This document shows, one piece after another, positions 37,803-50,680 of a stretch of 64,000 bases of DNA (within the stretch, counting starts at the first letter, position 1; each line of letters begins with the position of its first letter). A model generated the notes under the pieces. That model made no database searches. It was not told the DNA's origin and worked only from the letters and a program-made list of their open reading frames with translations. A program made the position numbers and the translations under genes. The stretch comes from Mobula hypostoma (taxonomy: Eukaryota), in assembly GCF_963921235.1 (NCBI RefSeq), contig NC_086108.1, positions 77,316,001-77,380,000 on the forward strand, written 5' to 3'.

Positions 37803-38830
37803 TAAGACCATAAGACAATAAGATATAGGAACAGAATTAGGTCATTTGGCCCATCGAGTCTGCTCCGCCATTCAATCATGGGCTGATCCAATTCTTCCAG
37901 TAATCCCCACTTCCCTGTTTTCTCCCCAAACCCTTTGATGCCCTGGTTAATCAAGAACCTACCTATCTCTGCCTTAAATATATCCAATGACTTGGCCTCC
38001 ACAGGCGCTTGTGGCAACAAGTTCCACAGATTTACCACCCTCTGACTAAAGTAATTTCTCTGCATCTCTGTTCTAAATGGATGTCCTTCAATCCTGAAGT
38101 CTTGCCCTCTTGTCCTAGACTCCCCTACCATGGGAAATAACTTTGCCACATCTAATCTGTTCAGGCCTTTTGATATTCGGAATGTTTCTATGAGATCCTC
38201 CCTCATTCTCCTGAACTCCAGGGAATATAGCCTAAGAGCAGCCAGATATTCGTCATATGGTAACCCTTTCATTTCTGGAATCATTCTCGTGAATCTTCTC
38301 TGGACCCTCTCCAATGTCGGTATATCTTTTCTAAAATAAGGAGCCCAAAACTGAACACAATACTCCAAGTTGGTCTCATGAGTGCCTTATAGAGCCTCAA
38401 CATCACATCCCTGTTCTTATATTCTGTACCTCTAGAAATGAATGTCAACATTGCATTTGTCTTCTTTACCACTGATTCAACCTGGAGGTTACCCTTTAGG
38501 GTATCCTGCACAAGGACTCCCAAGTCCCTTTGCATCTCTGCATTTTGAATTCTCTCCCCATCAAAATAATAGTCTGCCCATTTATTTCTTCCACCAAAGT
38601 GCATGACCATACACTTTCCAACATTGTATTTCATTTGCCACTTCTTTGCCCATTCCCCTAAGCAAGCTAAGTCTCTCTGTAGACTTTCTGTTTCCTCAAC
38701 ACTACCCGCTCCTCCACCTATCTTTGTATCATCAGCAAATTTAGCCACAAATCCATTAATCCCACAGTACAAATCATTGACATACATCATAAAAAGCAGC
38801 GGTCCCAAGAGGGACCCCCGTGGAAAACTC
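37803..38830 (-). mobile_element. Younger CR1 RT and 3' end nested in CR1
   Basis: ORFs 38281-38808 (GPLLF, KFADDTKIGG) and 37802-38368, with its own tail at 37803. Confidence 0.9.
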
Positions 38831-39477
38831 CACCTTGTCAGCCACCTCTTTCAGAACTCTGGGCTGTACACCATTTGGTCCAGGTGACTAATCTACCTTC
38901 AGACCTTTCAGTTTCCCAAACACCCACCGTCTATCAATGGTAACTTCACACAATTCATTACCCCTGACACCTGGAACTTCCACCATACAGCTAGTGTCTT
39001 CCACAGCAAAGACTGTGGCAAAATACTTATTCATTTGTCCACCATTACATTATCCCCCATTTTTACCTCTCGAGCATTGTTTTCCAGTAGTCTGATAGGC
39101 ACTCTCACCTCTCTTTTACACTTTACTTAACTAAGGAAACTTTTGGTATCCTCTTCCATATTATTGGCTAGCTTACTTTCGTATTCCATCTTTACCTTCT
39201 TAACATCTTTCTAGTTGCCTTCTGTTGTCTTTTAAAAGCTTCTCAATCCTCTAACTTCCCATTAAATTTTGCTCTATTATGTGCCCTCTCTTTGGCTTTT
39301 ATGTTGGCTTTGACTTCTCTTGTTAGCCATGGTTGTATCATATTTCCTTCAGAATACTTCTTCCTCTTTGCGATGTAAATATCATGGGCCTTCCAAATTG
39401 CTTTGAGAAATTTCAGCCATTGCTGCTCTTCTGTTATCCCTGCCAGTGTTCTTTTGCAATCAATTCTGACCAGGGCA

Positions 39478-39898
39478 GAATTGTGTATAAGATGATGAGA
39501 GGCATTGATTGTGTGGATAGTCAGAGGCATCTTTCTCAGGGCTGAAATGGTTAACACAAGAGGGCACAGTTTTAAGGTGTTTGGAAGTAGGTACAGAGAG
39601 GATGTCAGGGGTAAGTTTTTTTTAACGCAGAGAGGGGTGAGTGCATGGAATGGGTTGCTGGTGACTATGGTGGAGGTGGATACAATGGGGTCTTTTAAGA
39701 GACTCTTGGATAGGTACATGGAGCTTAGAAAGATAGAGGGCCATGAGTAACCATATAACCATATAACAATTGCAGCACGGAAACAGGCCATCTCGGCCCC
39801 TCTAGTAATCCTAGGTAATTTCTAAAGTAAGAACATGTTCAGCACAGCATTGTGGGCCAAAGGGCCTGAATTGTGTTGTAGGTTTTCTATGTTTCTAA
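39478..39898 (+). mobile_element. CR1 3' end nested in antisense orientation
   Basis: YKMMRGID...NTRGHSFKV...FKRLLDRYM, then tail ctatgtttcta. Confidence 0.85.
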
Positions 39899-42104
39899 GT
39901 AACTCCTCTCTCATGCCTCGAATTCCCTTTATTCCACTGTAATACTGATATATCAGACTTTAGCTTCTCAAATTTCAGGGTGAATTTGCTCATGTTATGA
40001 TCACTTTCCCCGAAGGTTTTTTTCAAACCTTAAGCTCTCTAATCAATTCTGTTTCATTGCCCAACAGCCAATTGCCCACGAGCTGCTCTAAAATGCCATT
40101 CGTAGGCACTCTAGAAATTCCCTCTCCTGTAATCCAGGATCAACCTGATTTTCCCCAATCTACCTACAATTTGAATTCTCCCATGACTATTGCAATATTG
40201 CCCTTTTGGCATGCATATATCATATATCTAATCAGATAATGCATATATCAAATCAGAAAATCATGTGGCAGCAAACCAATGCAAAAATACATGCAGACAT
40301 GGTCAAAAAGTTTAACTGTTGTTCAGACCAAACATCCCAATGAGGAATAAACATGACCTAAGTGACTGACCATGGAATGATTGTTGGTGCCAGACGGGGA
40401 GGTTTGAGATTTTCAGAAACTTCAGATCTCCTGGGATTTTCACATACAAGACTCTAGAGCTCACAGACAACGGTGCGAAAAACAAAATACATTAAGTGAG
40501 TGGCAGATCTGTGGGTGAAAATGCCCTGTTAATGAGAGACGTCAGAGAAGAATGGCCAGACTGGTTCAAACTGACAGGAAGACAACAGTAACTTAAATAA
40601 CCAGGCCTTACAACAGTGGTGTGCTGAAGAGCATCTCTGAATGCACAACACGTCAAACCTTGAAATGGATGGCTACAACAGTGGACACCACAAACATACA
40701 CCCGGTGACCACTTTACTAGGTACAGGAGGTACCTCATAGAGTGGTCACTGGGTATATTGCACATTTGGCATTTTTGAAGCAGTATCTGCATAATGTGTT
40801 TTGGAAAGAATCCCAAAAAAATGTTTAATCAGACTGTCATTATTGTAAGAAATAATTATTGTGGTTTGCTCATTTTAAGAATGTTGAACCCAATGTATGA
40901 GCTTCATTAGTTGTCAACTCCTGTGTCATTTACGTGCAGAGCAATGGGATGTGAGTTGGTTATTTTGAAAGGGTGCTCCTTGTGGCTGCCATGAGAATGA
41001 AAGGAAAGGGACGTTAGGTATGACTGAAGAGAAAGGGAGAGGGAATATAGTACATAGGTAACCCAGGGTAGAACAACCTGGCCATATAGTGGTCTGATGG
41101 TTCTCTGCTCACAGACAGCCCTGAGCTATGGCATTCATCAATTAGAGCTGATTCACAAAGTGATTGCACACATTTACGATGTTGTTATATACAGGAAATA
41201 CAACAGGAAAATGAAACCCATGTCACAGTTAGTGACACCTGGAATTTCCCTTCAGGCAGAACCTCTGTTGGGAAGCCAAACGCATAAAACAGCTACATTT
41301 TGCTTTAAGAAACCAGGAAAAATGTGTGTTACTTGGATTTCCAGCATCTACAGATTTTCCCTTGTTAGGAAAAATGAGTTAAGTTGCTAGATACCAATCA
41401 TCCTTGCAATAGAAACTGAAAATGTTGTAAATACTCTACAGTTTTGGCAGCATCAGTGAAGAAAGAGATTGCAGTTCCATGGGCTTTCATCAGGATAAGG
41501 AAATATTAGAGGTAAATAACTTTTAAGATATACATAGAGAAAGGAGAAGGGGAAGGAACAAAGTGAAGATTGAAGATTACAGGAAAGATGAACTGTCAAA
41601 AATGAGAGTAATACAGTGATATAGAGAGTGGTAATTAGTGACACTAGTCCTTAATTTGGTTTTGTTTGTTTTCCTCACATTTCTGGAAAGAATCCCACAT
41701 TTTATTTTTTAGCAGTTGACAAATCTGACTTGTCAGTTATGGGAATCATTCTGCATTTCATCTCTGATATAGAGTGTTTTCTACGCAACTGAGTCTATCT
41801 GCAGAGAGATTATTTGTATAACATTGTGTCCAAGATCAAATAGTGTGCCTGTAGACCTTTAGGTTTGCTTCTCCTTGTTCAGTAGCCATGTTGTGGTTTG
41901 ACTAGTGCCATTGACTTATTGTGTGACAGTTTGGAGACTCCTTACTGAGGAATCATGGGTATGTTTTCATTGAAAGCTAGTAAAGACAGGAAGGATACTT
42001 AGGGGACAAACAAACGATAGATGCTTACAAAAACTACAGATGCTTGAAGTCTGAAATAAAGACTGAAAACATAAGAATTTGCACCAGGTTTGAGATAATA
42101 CTGG

Positions 42105-42655
42105 ATCACATGACCTGTTCCATCGCAGCCTGGTATGGAAACACTAATGCCTGGGAATGGAAAAGTCTACAGAAAGTAGATATAGCCCAGTCCATCACAG
42201 GCAAAGTCCTTCCTGCCATTGAGCACATTTACAAAGAGCCATAAGAAAGCAGCATCCATCATCAAGAACCCTTGTCATTCCAGTTGCTTTCTCTTCTCAC
42301 TACTGCCATCGGGCAGGACATACAGAAGCTTTAAGGTTCATGAACAGTTACTAGCTTACAACAATCAGGCCCCTGAACCAGCATGGATAACTTCACTCAC
42401 CTCCACAGTGGACTGACTCCACAGCCTAAATACTCACTTTCAAGGACTCTCCAACTCATACTCTCAGTATCATGTATTCACCTTTTTTTTTATTATTGAC
42501 ACAATTTGCCTTCTTCTACACATTGGTTGTTAGTCTTTATGTATAGTTTTTCATAAATTCTATTGTATTTCTTCACTTTCCTGTAAATGCCTGCAAGAAA
42601 AAAGATCTCAGTGTAGTGTATGGTACTTTGATAATGAACTTACTTTGACATTGAC
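42105..42655 (+). mobile_element. Rex1/Babar 3' fragment
   Basis: IAAWYGN...KAASIIKNPCH...LLPSGRTYRS. Confidence 0.8.
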
Positions 42656-42684
42656 TTCGAGAATGAAAAGTCACAGGGAACAAT

Positions 42685-42800
42685 CAGAAACAAGAGAAAA
42701 TCTGCAGAAGGATCTCAGTCTGAAATGTCGACTTTTCATTCTTTTCTATAGTTGCTGCCTGGCCTGCTGAGTTTCTCCACCATTCTGTGTGTGTTGCTTG
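42685..42800. mobile_element. Collapsed Penelope pseudo-LTR fragment
   Basis: gaaggatctcagtctgaaatgtcgact...gctgcctggcctgctgagtttctccaccattctgtgtgtgttgct, similar to 8201-8278. Confidence 0.7.
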
Positions 42801-42924
42801 GTAACAATCAGAATACCAATTAGTACAAATATTTCATCAACTTCTTTGTTTGTTTTGACAGTGGCTTATTTTGACGTTATAAAACTTGGTATTTTGATTA
42901 TTACCTATGACATTTTATTACCTA

Positions 42925-44515
42925 TGATAATAGCCACAGCTCTACACACCATCCTTACACATCTGGAGAAGAAGTATGCTTATGTGAGAATGCTGTTCTT
43001 GGACTACGGTTCAGCATTCAACACCATAATTCCATCCAGGCTCGACAAGAAGCTCAGAGACCTCAGCCTTCACCCTGCCTTGTACAGTTGGATCCTGGAC
43101 TTACTGTCAGATTGCTGGCAGGTGGTAAGAGTGGGCTCCCTCACCTCTTCCTCTCTGACCCTCAACACAGGTACCCCTCAGGGCTGTGTTCTAATCCCCT
43201 CCTTTACTCTCTGTATACCCGTGACTGTATCACCACCCACAGCTCCAATCTGCTAATTAAATTTGCTGACAATACTATATTGATTGGCCTAATCTCAAAT
43301 AATAATGAGGCAGCTGACAGAGAAGAAGATGTCAAGAAAACACCCTCTCCCTCAATGTCACAAAAATAAAGGAGCTGGTTGTGGACTACAGGAAGAACGG
43401 AGACAGGCTAACCCCTATTGTCATCAATAGATCTGGGGTTGAGAGGGTGAACAGCTTTAAATTCCTCGGCATACACATCACTGAGGATCTCACGTGGTCT
43501 GAACATACCGGCTGTGTATGAAAAAAAGCCCAACAACAGCACCTCTTTCACCTCAGATGGTTAAAGAAATTTGGTATGGGCCCCCAGATGCTAAGAACTT
43601 TCTACAGGGGCACAGTTGAGAGTATCCTGACTGGCTACATCACTGCCTGGTATGGGAACTGTACTTCCCTCAATCGCAAGACTCTGCAGAGAGTGGTATG
43701 GACAGCACAGTGCATCTGTAGATGTGAACTTCCCACTATTCAGGATATTTACAAAGACCGGTGTGTAAAAAGGGCCCAAGGGATCACTGGGGACCCAAGT
43801 CACAATCTGTTCCAGCGGCTATCATCCGGGAAACAGTAATGCAGCATAAAAGACAGGACCAACAGGCTGTGGGACAGCTTCTTCCACCAGCCATTAGACT
43901 GATTAATTTATGCTGACACAACTGTATTTCTATGTTATATTGACTGTCCTGTTGTAAATACTATTTATTGTCAGGTCACTCGTCTGAGTTCTACTGGTAC
44001 CATGTAACCCAGTGCTACCTGTCGCATGGTCGGGCGGTCGGCGACTAAACTGGCTCCCCCACCAAGCTTGCCTGGTGAGGAGGGTGGCTAGACACCCTGC
44101 AGGATGAAAAACAAGACCTGTCAAAGGGCGGATGAACCCTCTCGTAGGGTCAATGGCCATCTAGCAAACACGTGCCGTGAAGCGCGGAAAGAGCATCCCT
44201 TGCATGGAAGCTTGGTCTGGCCATTCACTGCAACAGAACTTCCACCAGCCGTCTTGGACCTTACCATGCCGCTAGATCTGGGAGGGGATGTCAAAGGGGT
44301 GGGTCTGGACCTGTGCAACCCCCTACACATCTAAAATCCATTCACGCACACACTGTTCCTTTCTGTACTGAAAGGAACCATCATCATCTTATGGGATGGA
44401 CAGCCAGAGAGAGAGAGACTATTTATTGCACATTGCACATTTAGACGGAGACATAATGTAAAGATTTTTACTCATGTATATGAAGGATGTAAGCAATAAA
44501 GTCAATTCAATTCAA
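42925..44515 (+). mobile_element. Rex1/Babar LINE RT and 3' end
   Basis: YVRMLFLDYGSAFNTIIP, TGTPQGCVL, KFADN and ESILTGYITAWYG. (AATTC)n tail. Confidence 0.9.
43971..44417 (+). mobile_element. 447-bp GC-rich non-coding retroposon (possibly RTE-group dependent) with a (GA)n tail
   Basis: Perfect 11-bp TSD ACTATTTATTG at 43960-43970 and 44418-44428. No tRNA-like head seen. Confidence 0.8.
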
Positions 44516-44620
44516 TTTCTCTTGTTATCTGAGTATTATTTCAAGCCTGGCATTAATGCCCATCCCATGAGAAGGTAGTGATAGTGAGTGACCTTCATTC
44601 CTTTATTGAAATTACGTTTG

Positions 44621-45146
44621 TAGATTAGATTATGAGGACACACAGTCCTCTTTTATTGTCATTTAGTAATGCATGCATTAAGAAATGATACAATGTTTCT
44701 CCAGAATGATATCACAGAAACATAAGACAAACCAACTGAAAAACTGACAAAAACCACATAACTATAACATATAGTTACAACAGTGCAAAGCAATACCGTA
44801 ATTTGATGAAGAACAGACCGTGGGCACGGTAATAAAAAGTCTCAAAGTCTCTCGAAAGTCCCATCATCTCACGCAGACGGTAGAAGGAAGGAAAAAAATT
44901 CTTCCTGCCATGAGCTTCCAGCGCCACAAACTTGCCAATGCAGCATCCTGGAAGCACCCGACCACAGTCGACTCTTGAGTCCATCTGAAAACTTTGAGCC
45001 TCCGACCAGCCCTCCAACACTGAGCACCGAGCACCATCTCTGCCGAGTGCTTCGACTCCGGCCCCGGCAACAGGCAATAGGCAAAGCCGAGGATTTGGGG
45101 CCTTCCTCTCTGGAGATTCTTGATCGCACAGTAGCAGCGGCAGCGA
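44621..45146 (-). mobile_element. Non-coding retroposon of about 0.65 kb, copy 3 (5' truncated)
   Basis: tagattagattatgaggacacacagtcctc... is closely similar to the sequence from 31203 onward. Confidence 0.85.
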
Positions 45147-45723
45147 TACTGTGGTTTGTGTTGGTCAAGGCACTCTCAGAATGAAGGTTGGCAAGGAATT
45201 GAAGAATTTTGACCCAGAAATGATAATGGAATGGTGATATATTTGTAAGTCAATATGGTGTGTTACTTGAAGGGGAACAACCAAATGGAGGCAATCCCGT
45301 TGCTCAAACTGTTCATGATGATCACTGGCTGGAAGGTTCATCAACTTGCTTCCATGCTTTTTGTAAACACTACAAATACTGCGGAGGGAGTGAATGTTTA
45401 GTGGGGTAGATGATTGCAGGTTAACGGCAGTGCTAAATCTTTAAAATTTTGTACCTCAGAGGACAGTGAATACCTTAGTTTGTGAGCATGATCAAGGTTA
45501 AGATCAATATATTTTCAGACCACCAATTAATTTGAAGATACAGGAATCATGCAAGTCGTGTCAGGTCTCTATATGACTCTATTAGTCTATGATTACATGG
45601 AATTGAGGCACAGCATCCCTTGGTATCCTAGAATTCTGCAGTCTCTCATCATTTAGATAATATTGCTTCCTATTGATTTTTCACAACAAATGAACAAAGC
45701 TGAATTTTTCGATATTACATTAC

Positions 45724-46238
45724 AGGGCGGCATGGTAGTGTAGTGGTTAGCACAACACATTACAGTACAGGTGACTTGGGTTCAATTCTCGCCGCTGTCT
45801 GTAAGGAGTTTGCACGTCTCCCTGTGACTGTGTGAATTTTCTCCGGGTGCTCCGGTTTCCTCCCACAGCTGAAAGATGTACCGGTTGGCAGGTTAATTGT
45901 CATTGTAAATTGTCCATGATTAAATTGGGAGATTGCTGGGTGGTGTGGCTTGAAGGGCCGGAAGGGCACACTGTGGTAAACCATATATATATGTTGTAAC
46001 TGGGTTAACTGTCTGGACACGCCCCTCTGCTGGCTGCCCCTCTGGCTCCTCCCACAGATCCCTGAATAAAGGTGATTGCGCCTTGCTCCTCCTCCTCAGT
46101 CCAGGGGCAGATACTCAGCATGGAAGTCATATTTTACTGCGAATAAAAGCCTTTCAGTATTTACCCTACTTCAGTCTTTTGGAGTAATTGAAGGTGCTTC
46201 ACACACTCTGCTCTGTATCTCAATAAATAAATAAATAA
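45724..46238 (+). mobile_element. Full-length V-SINE-type tRNA SINE
   Basis: A box TAGTGTAGTGG, B box GGTTCAATTC, central CCGGGTGCTCCGGTTTCCTCCCAC, CR1-like tail and (AAAT)n. Confidence 0.85.
45972..46201 (+). mobile_element. 230-bp solo LTR inside the SINE
   Basis: TG...CA termini, internal AATAAA and perfect 5-bp TSD CACAC at 45967-45971 and 46202-46206. Confidence 0.85.
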
Positions 46239-47257
46239 GATTTCCTTCCCGTTAGCTTGCCAACCTACCACCTCTACAAACTTGTTACCTCATACACTGT
46301 GAATTTTGCTCTCCCGCAATGATCTTTGGTGCAGAGCCTTTCCAAACATCTTCCATCCCTGGATAAGGAACCGCTCACAGTTTTGCTGGTCCACGAGTTG
46401 ATTTTGTCAATAGTTCAGAAAATACACAAAAATCACTTGGGGCAGTAACCATGCCTCCACATATTATGAGTGGAATCAAAAACACAAAAAAGTCTGATAA
46501 AAAATAATTATTAAAGTGAACTGAGAGAGGAAACTATTTCTGCTGTTCATAGGAATGAATGTACAATATATAATAATATTAGACTTCTAATTTTTTTTAT
46601 TATTTGGATGCTCGTTCATATCTAAGGGTTTCCATAACGTAGGTGTTCGCAGCCTGGGGACAGCCTGCATGGTATATCACAGGTTTGCCTTTATGTACAG
46701 CACATTTTACTTCTTCATCTTTCATCAATTAAGTTAAATAGGTTTTCTTTTCACAATTGAATTTGATTGATTAAATTGATTTTTTTCACAGGAGTCTGTT
46801 AAAACATTTTTGATTTCTATGTTCTTCCTATGATAGTTGGTTTCCCTCTGGAGTTCTAGCTTTCTCTGATTTCCCCAGAAAAATGTTGGTTGGTAGGGTA
46901 TCTGGTTGGGTATAGAGTTGGTGAAAAACAGCAGAGTAAGGGAAAAGCTGATGAGCCTATGAGGGAGGAAAGATTATAGGACATGTGATGCTGTGAGTGA
47001 ATAATAAAGGAAACTCTACTTGTATTTGCATTGTTCATATGTGGTTAATCAAATGAATTTTTGGAATTTCTCTATCCAAATATGTTCTGACATTTTAAAA
47101 AAGGCAATCAAAAATACCAGTGTAAGTTAAAAGATGAAAAGTGCAGTTTATTCATGAAGTTGAAGTAGTTTATTCATGAAGCTGCCTCATTTGAAGTCCT
47201 AAATCATTAAATTGCCTGAAAACCTATTTCCAATACTGAGCCAGTACTTTATTATTA

Positions 47258-49793
47258 CAGTACATGAGGTCCCCTGGTAGCAGCAGAGATACAGAGGAGC
47301 AGATTGGGAGGCAGATTTTGGAAAGGTGCAAAAATAACAGGGTTGTTATCATGGGTGACTTTAACTTCCCTAATATTGATTGGCACCTGATTAGTTCCAA
47401 GGGTTTAGATGGGGCAGAGTTTGTTAAGTGTGTCCAGGACAGATTCCTGTCACAGTATGTGGACAGGCCGACTAGGGGGATTGCCATACTATATCTAGTA
47501 CTAGGTAATGAACTGGGTCAGGTCACAGATCTCTCAGTGGGTGAGCATCTGGGGGACAGTGACCACCGCTCCCTGGCCTTTAGCATTATCATGGAAAAGG
47601 ATAGAATCAGAGAGGGCAGGAAAATTTTTAATTGGGGAAGGGCAAATTATGAGGCTATAAGGCTGGAACTTGCGGGTGTGAATTGGGATGATGTTTTTGC
47701 AGGGAAATGTACTATGGACATGTGGTCGATGTTTAGAGATCTTTTGCAGGATGTTAGGGATAAATGTGTCCCGGTGAGGAAGATAAAGAATGGTAGAGTG
47801 AAGGAACTATGGGTGACAAGTGAGGTGGAAAACCTAGTCAGGTGGAAGAAGGCAGCATACATGAGGTTTAGGAAGCAAGGATCAGACAGGTCTATTGAGG
47901 AATATAGGGAAGCAAGAAAGGAGCTTAAGGAGGGGCTGAGAAGAGCAAGAATGGGGCATGAGAAGGTCTTGGTGAGAAGGGTAAATGAAAACCCCAAGGC
48001 ATTCTTCAATTATGTGAAGAACAAAAGGATGACAGGAGTGAAGGTAGGACCGATTAGAGATAAAGGTGAGAAGATGTGCCTGGAGGCTCTGGAAATGAGC
48101 GAGGTCCTCAATGAATACTTCTCTTCGGTATTCACCAATAAGAGGGAATGATGGTGGTGAGGACAATATGAGTGAGGTTGATGTTCTGGAGCACGTTGAT
48201 ATTAAGGGAGAGGAGGTGTTGGAGTTGTTAAAATACATTAGGACGGATAAGTCCCCAGGGCCTGATGGAATATTCCCCAGGCTGCTCCACGAGGCGAGGG
48301 AAGAGATTGCTGAGCCTCTGGCTAGGATCTTTATGTCCTCGTTGTCCACGGGAATTGTACCGGAGGACTGGAGGGAGGCGAATGTTGACCCCTTGTTCAA
48401 AAAAGGTAGTAGGGATAGTCCGGGTAATTATAGACCAGTGAGCCTTACGTCAGTGGTGGGAAAGCTGTTGGAAAAGATTCATAGAGATAGGATCTCTGGG
48501 CATTTAGATAATCATGGTCTGATCAGAGACAGTCAGCATGGCTTTGTGAAGGGCAGATCATGTCTAACAAGCCTGATAGAGTTCTTTGAGGAGGTGACCA
48601 GGCATATAGATGAGGGTAGTGCAGTGGATGTGATCTATATGGATTTTAGTAAGGCATTTGACGAGGTTCCACATGGTAGGGTTATTCAGAAAGTCAGAAG
48701 GCATGGGATCCAGGGAAGTTTGGCCAGGTGGATTCAGAATTGGCTTGCCTGCAGAAGGCAGATGGTTGTGGTGGAGGGAGTACATTCAGATTGGAGGATT
48801 GTGACTAGTGGTATCCCACAAGGATCTGTTCTGGGACCTCTACTTTTCGTGATTTTTATTAACAACCTGGATGTAGGGGTAGAAGGGTAGGTTGGCAAGT
48901 TTGCAGATGACACAAAGGTTGGTGGTGTTGTAGATAGTGTAGAGGATTGTCAAAGATTGCAGAGAGACATTGATAGGATGCAGAAGTGGGCTAAGAAGTG
49001 GCAGATGGAGTTCAACCCGGAGAAGTGTGAGGTGGTACACTTTGGAAGGACAAACTCCAAGGCAGAGTACAAAGTAAATGGCAGGATACTTGGTAGTACA
49101 TGGTAGGACCTGGGAGTACATGTCCACAGATCCCTGAAAGTTGCCTCACAGGTGGATAGGGTAGTTAAGAAAGCTTATGGGGTGTTAGCTTTCAGAAGTC
49201 GAGGGATAGAGTTTAAGAGTTGCGAGGGAATGATGCAGCTCTATAAAACTCTGGTTAGGCCACACTTGGAGTATTGTGTCCAGTTCTGGTCGCCTCACTA
49301 TAGGAAGGATGTGGAAGCATTGGAAAGGATACAGAGGAGTTTTACCAGGATGCTGCCTGGTTTAGAAAGTATGCATTATGATCAGAGATTAAGGGAGCTA
49401 AGGCTTTACTCTTTGGAGAGAAGGAGGATGAGAGGAGACATGATAGAGGTGTACAAGATAATAAGAGGAATAGATAGAGTGGATAGCCAGCTCCTCTTCC
49501 CCAGGGCACCACTGCTCAATACAAGAGGACATGGCTTTAAGGTAAGGAGTGGGAAGTTCAAGGGGGATATTAGAGGAAGGTTTTTTACTCAGAGAGTGGT
49601 TGGTGCGTGGAATGCACTGCCTGAGTCAGTGGTGGAGGCAGATACACTAGTGAAGTTTAAGAGACTACTAGACAGGTATATGGAGGAATTTAAGGTGGGG
49701 CTTATATGGGAGGCAGGGTTTGAGGGTCGGCACAACATTGTGGGCCGAAGGGCCTGTACTGTGCTGTACTATTCTCTGTTCTATGTTCTATGT
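47258..49793 (+). mobile_element. Relatively young 5'-truncated CR1 (APE endonuclease end, RT, tail); ORF2 pseudogene
   Basis: ORF 47264-48151 has MGDFNFP and GDSDH. ORF 48111-48890 has [22 protein letters not shown] and PQGSVLGP, then a stop before KFADDTK. ORF from 49152 continues the RT C-terminus. (CTATGTT)n tail. Confidence 0.95.
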
Positions 49794-50372
49794 ATTCTTG
49801 TGGATAAAAACCCATTGAATGAATTTGATTTTGATGTGAACATCACCCATGTTTATTGCCCATCCCTAATTTCTCTTGGAGTAGCGGAAGCAATTAAAAG
49901 TCATCACTGCTACTCTCTATGGCTATTTCATTTCTACCTCATGGGTATTCCATATAATAATACCTGAAAGCTGTATTATATGGAATATTGATGGTTGGAG
50001 TAGACATGGTAAGCTGAAGGGAACGTTTCTGTGCTGTATGACTCAATGTAGCCTACCTACTCTCAAATATTAAAAACTTAGTAGTTAATGGAACCAACGC
50101 TGATCAGTCCACCTTGTGAGGCTTCTATTCTCCCCGAAGGATTTCCCATCATCTGTCAGGGCATGCAGAAAATGCTAAAAAATAATATCAAATAATTATT
50201 GCATGCTTTGTCATGTCATTATCTTTTCAAATTATATTCCATTTAATTGGCTACTCCAAATTGCCCCTAGTGTATAAATAAGTGTTAGAATCTGGAAGAT
50301 GCTGTGAGAATATGGGGAAAATTATAAAATGCTGAGATAAATGTGAGTTAGTGTACATTGGTAGTTGATGGT

Positions 50373-50680
50373 TAGAATCAGAATCAAGTTTAATATCACC
50401 AGTATATGTTACGAAATTTGTATTGTGGCAGCAGTTCATTGCAATAGATAATCAAAAGTTTAAATTACAGTAAATATATATATATATATATATATAATAG
50501 TTAAATTAAGTAATTTGTGCAGGTGGTTTTTTTCATGGGATCACCGTCCATTCACAAATCGGATGGCAGAGGGAAAGAAGCTGTTCCTGAATCACTGAGT
50601 GTGCGCCTTTTGGCTCCTGCACCTCCTTGCTGATGGTAGCAATGAGAAGGGGGCATGTCCTGGATGATGGGAGTCGCTGG
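50373..50680 (-). mobile_element. Rex1/Babar 3' end inserted in a SINE remnant
   Basis: agaatcagaatca tail; homologous to about 1642-2010. Confidence 0.8.

Larger units (their letters stand above)
36318..40212 (-). mobile_element. CR1 LINE hosting further CR1 insertions
   Basis: ORFs 36593-37024, 37050-37541 (FQKAFDK, GVPQ, FADNMK) and 37578-37811 (YRPVNLTSVVG). ORF2 continues over about 38839-40212. Confidence 0.9.
36281..40755 (+). mobile_element. Non-autonomous Tc1-derived element split by a CR1 nest
   Basis: TIR-like ctttattaggtacac at 36285. The body resumes at about 40213 with a transposase N-terminal remnant (GMIVGARRGGL...DLLGFS). Terminal palindrome at about 40699-40755. Confidence 0.75.

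Noticed and set aside
45724..45800. tRNA gene (also about 845-918 on the minus strand)
   Set aside because: The A/B boxes run directly into SINE bodies and no full cloverleaf was evident.
47264..49967. Active CR1 or a fused host ORF
   Set aside because: 5' truncated, with a frameshift near 48145 and a stop at 48888. The end of ORF 49152-49967 is read-through of the tail into flanking DNA.
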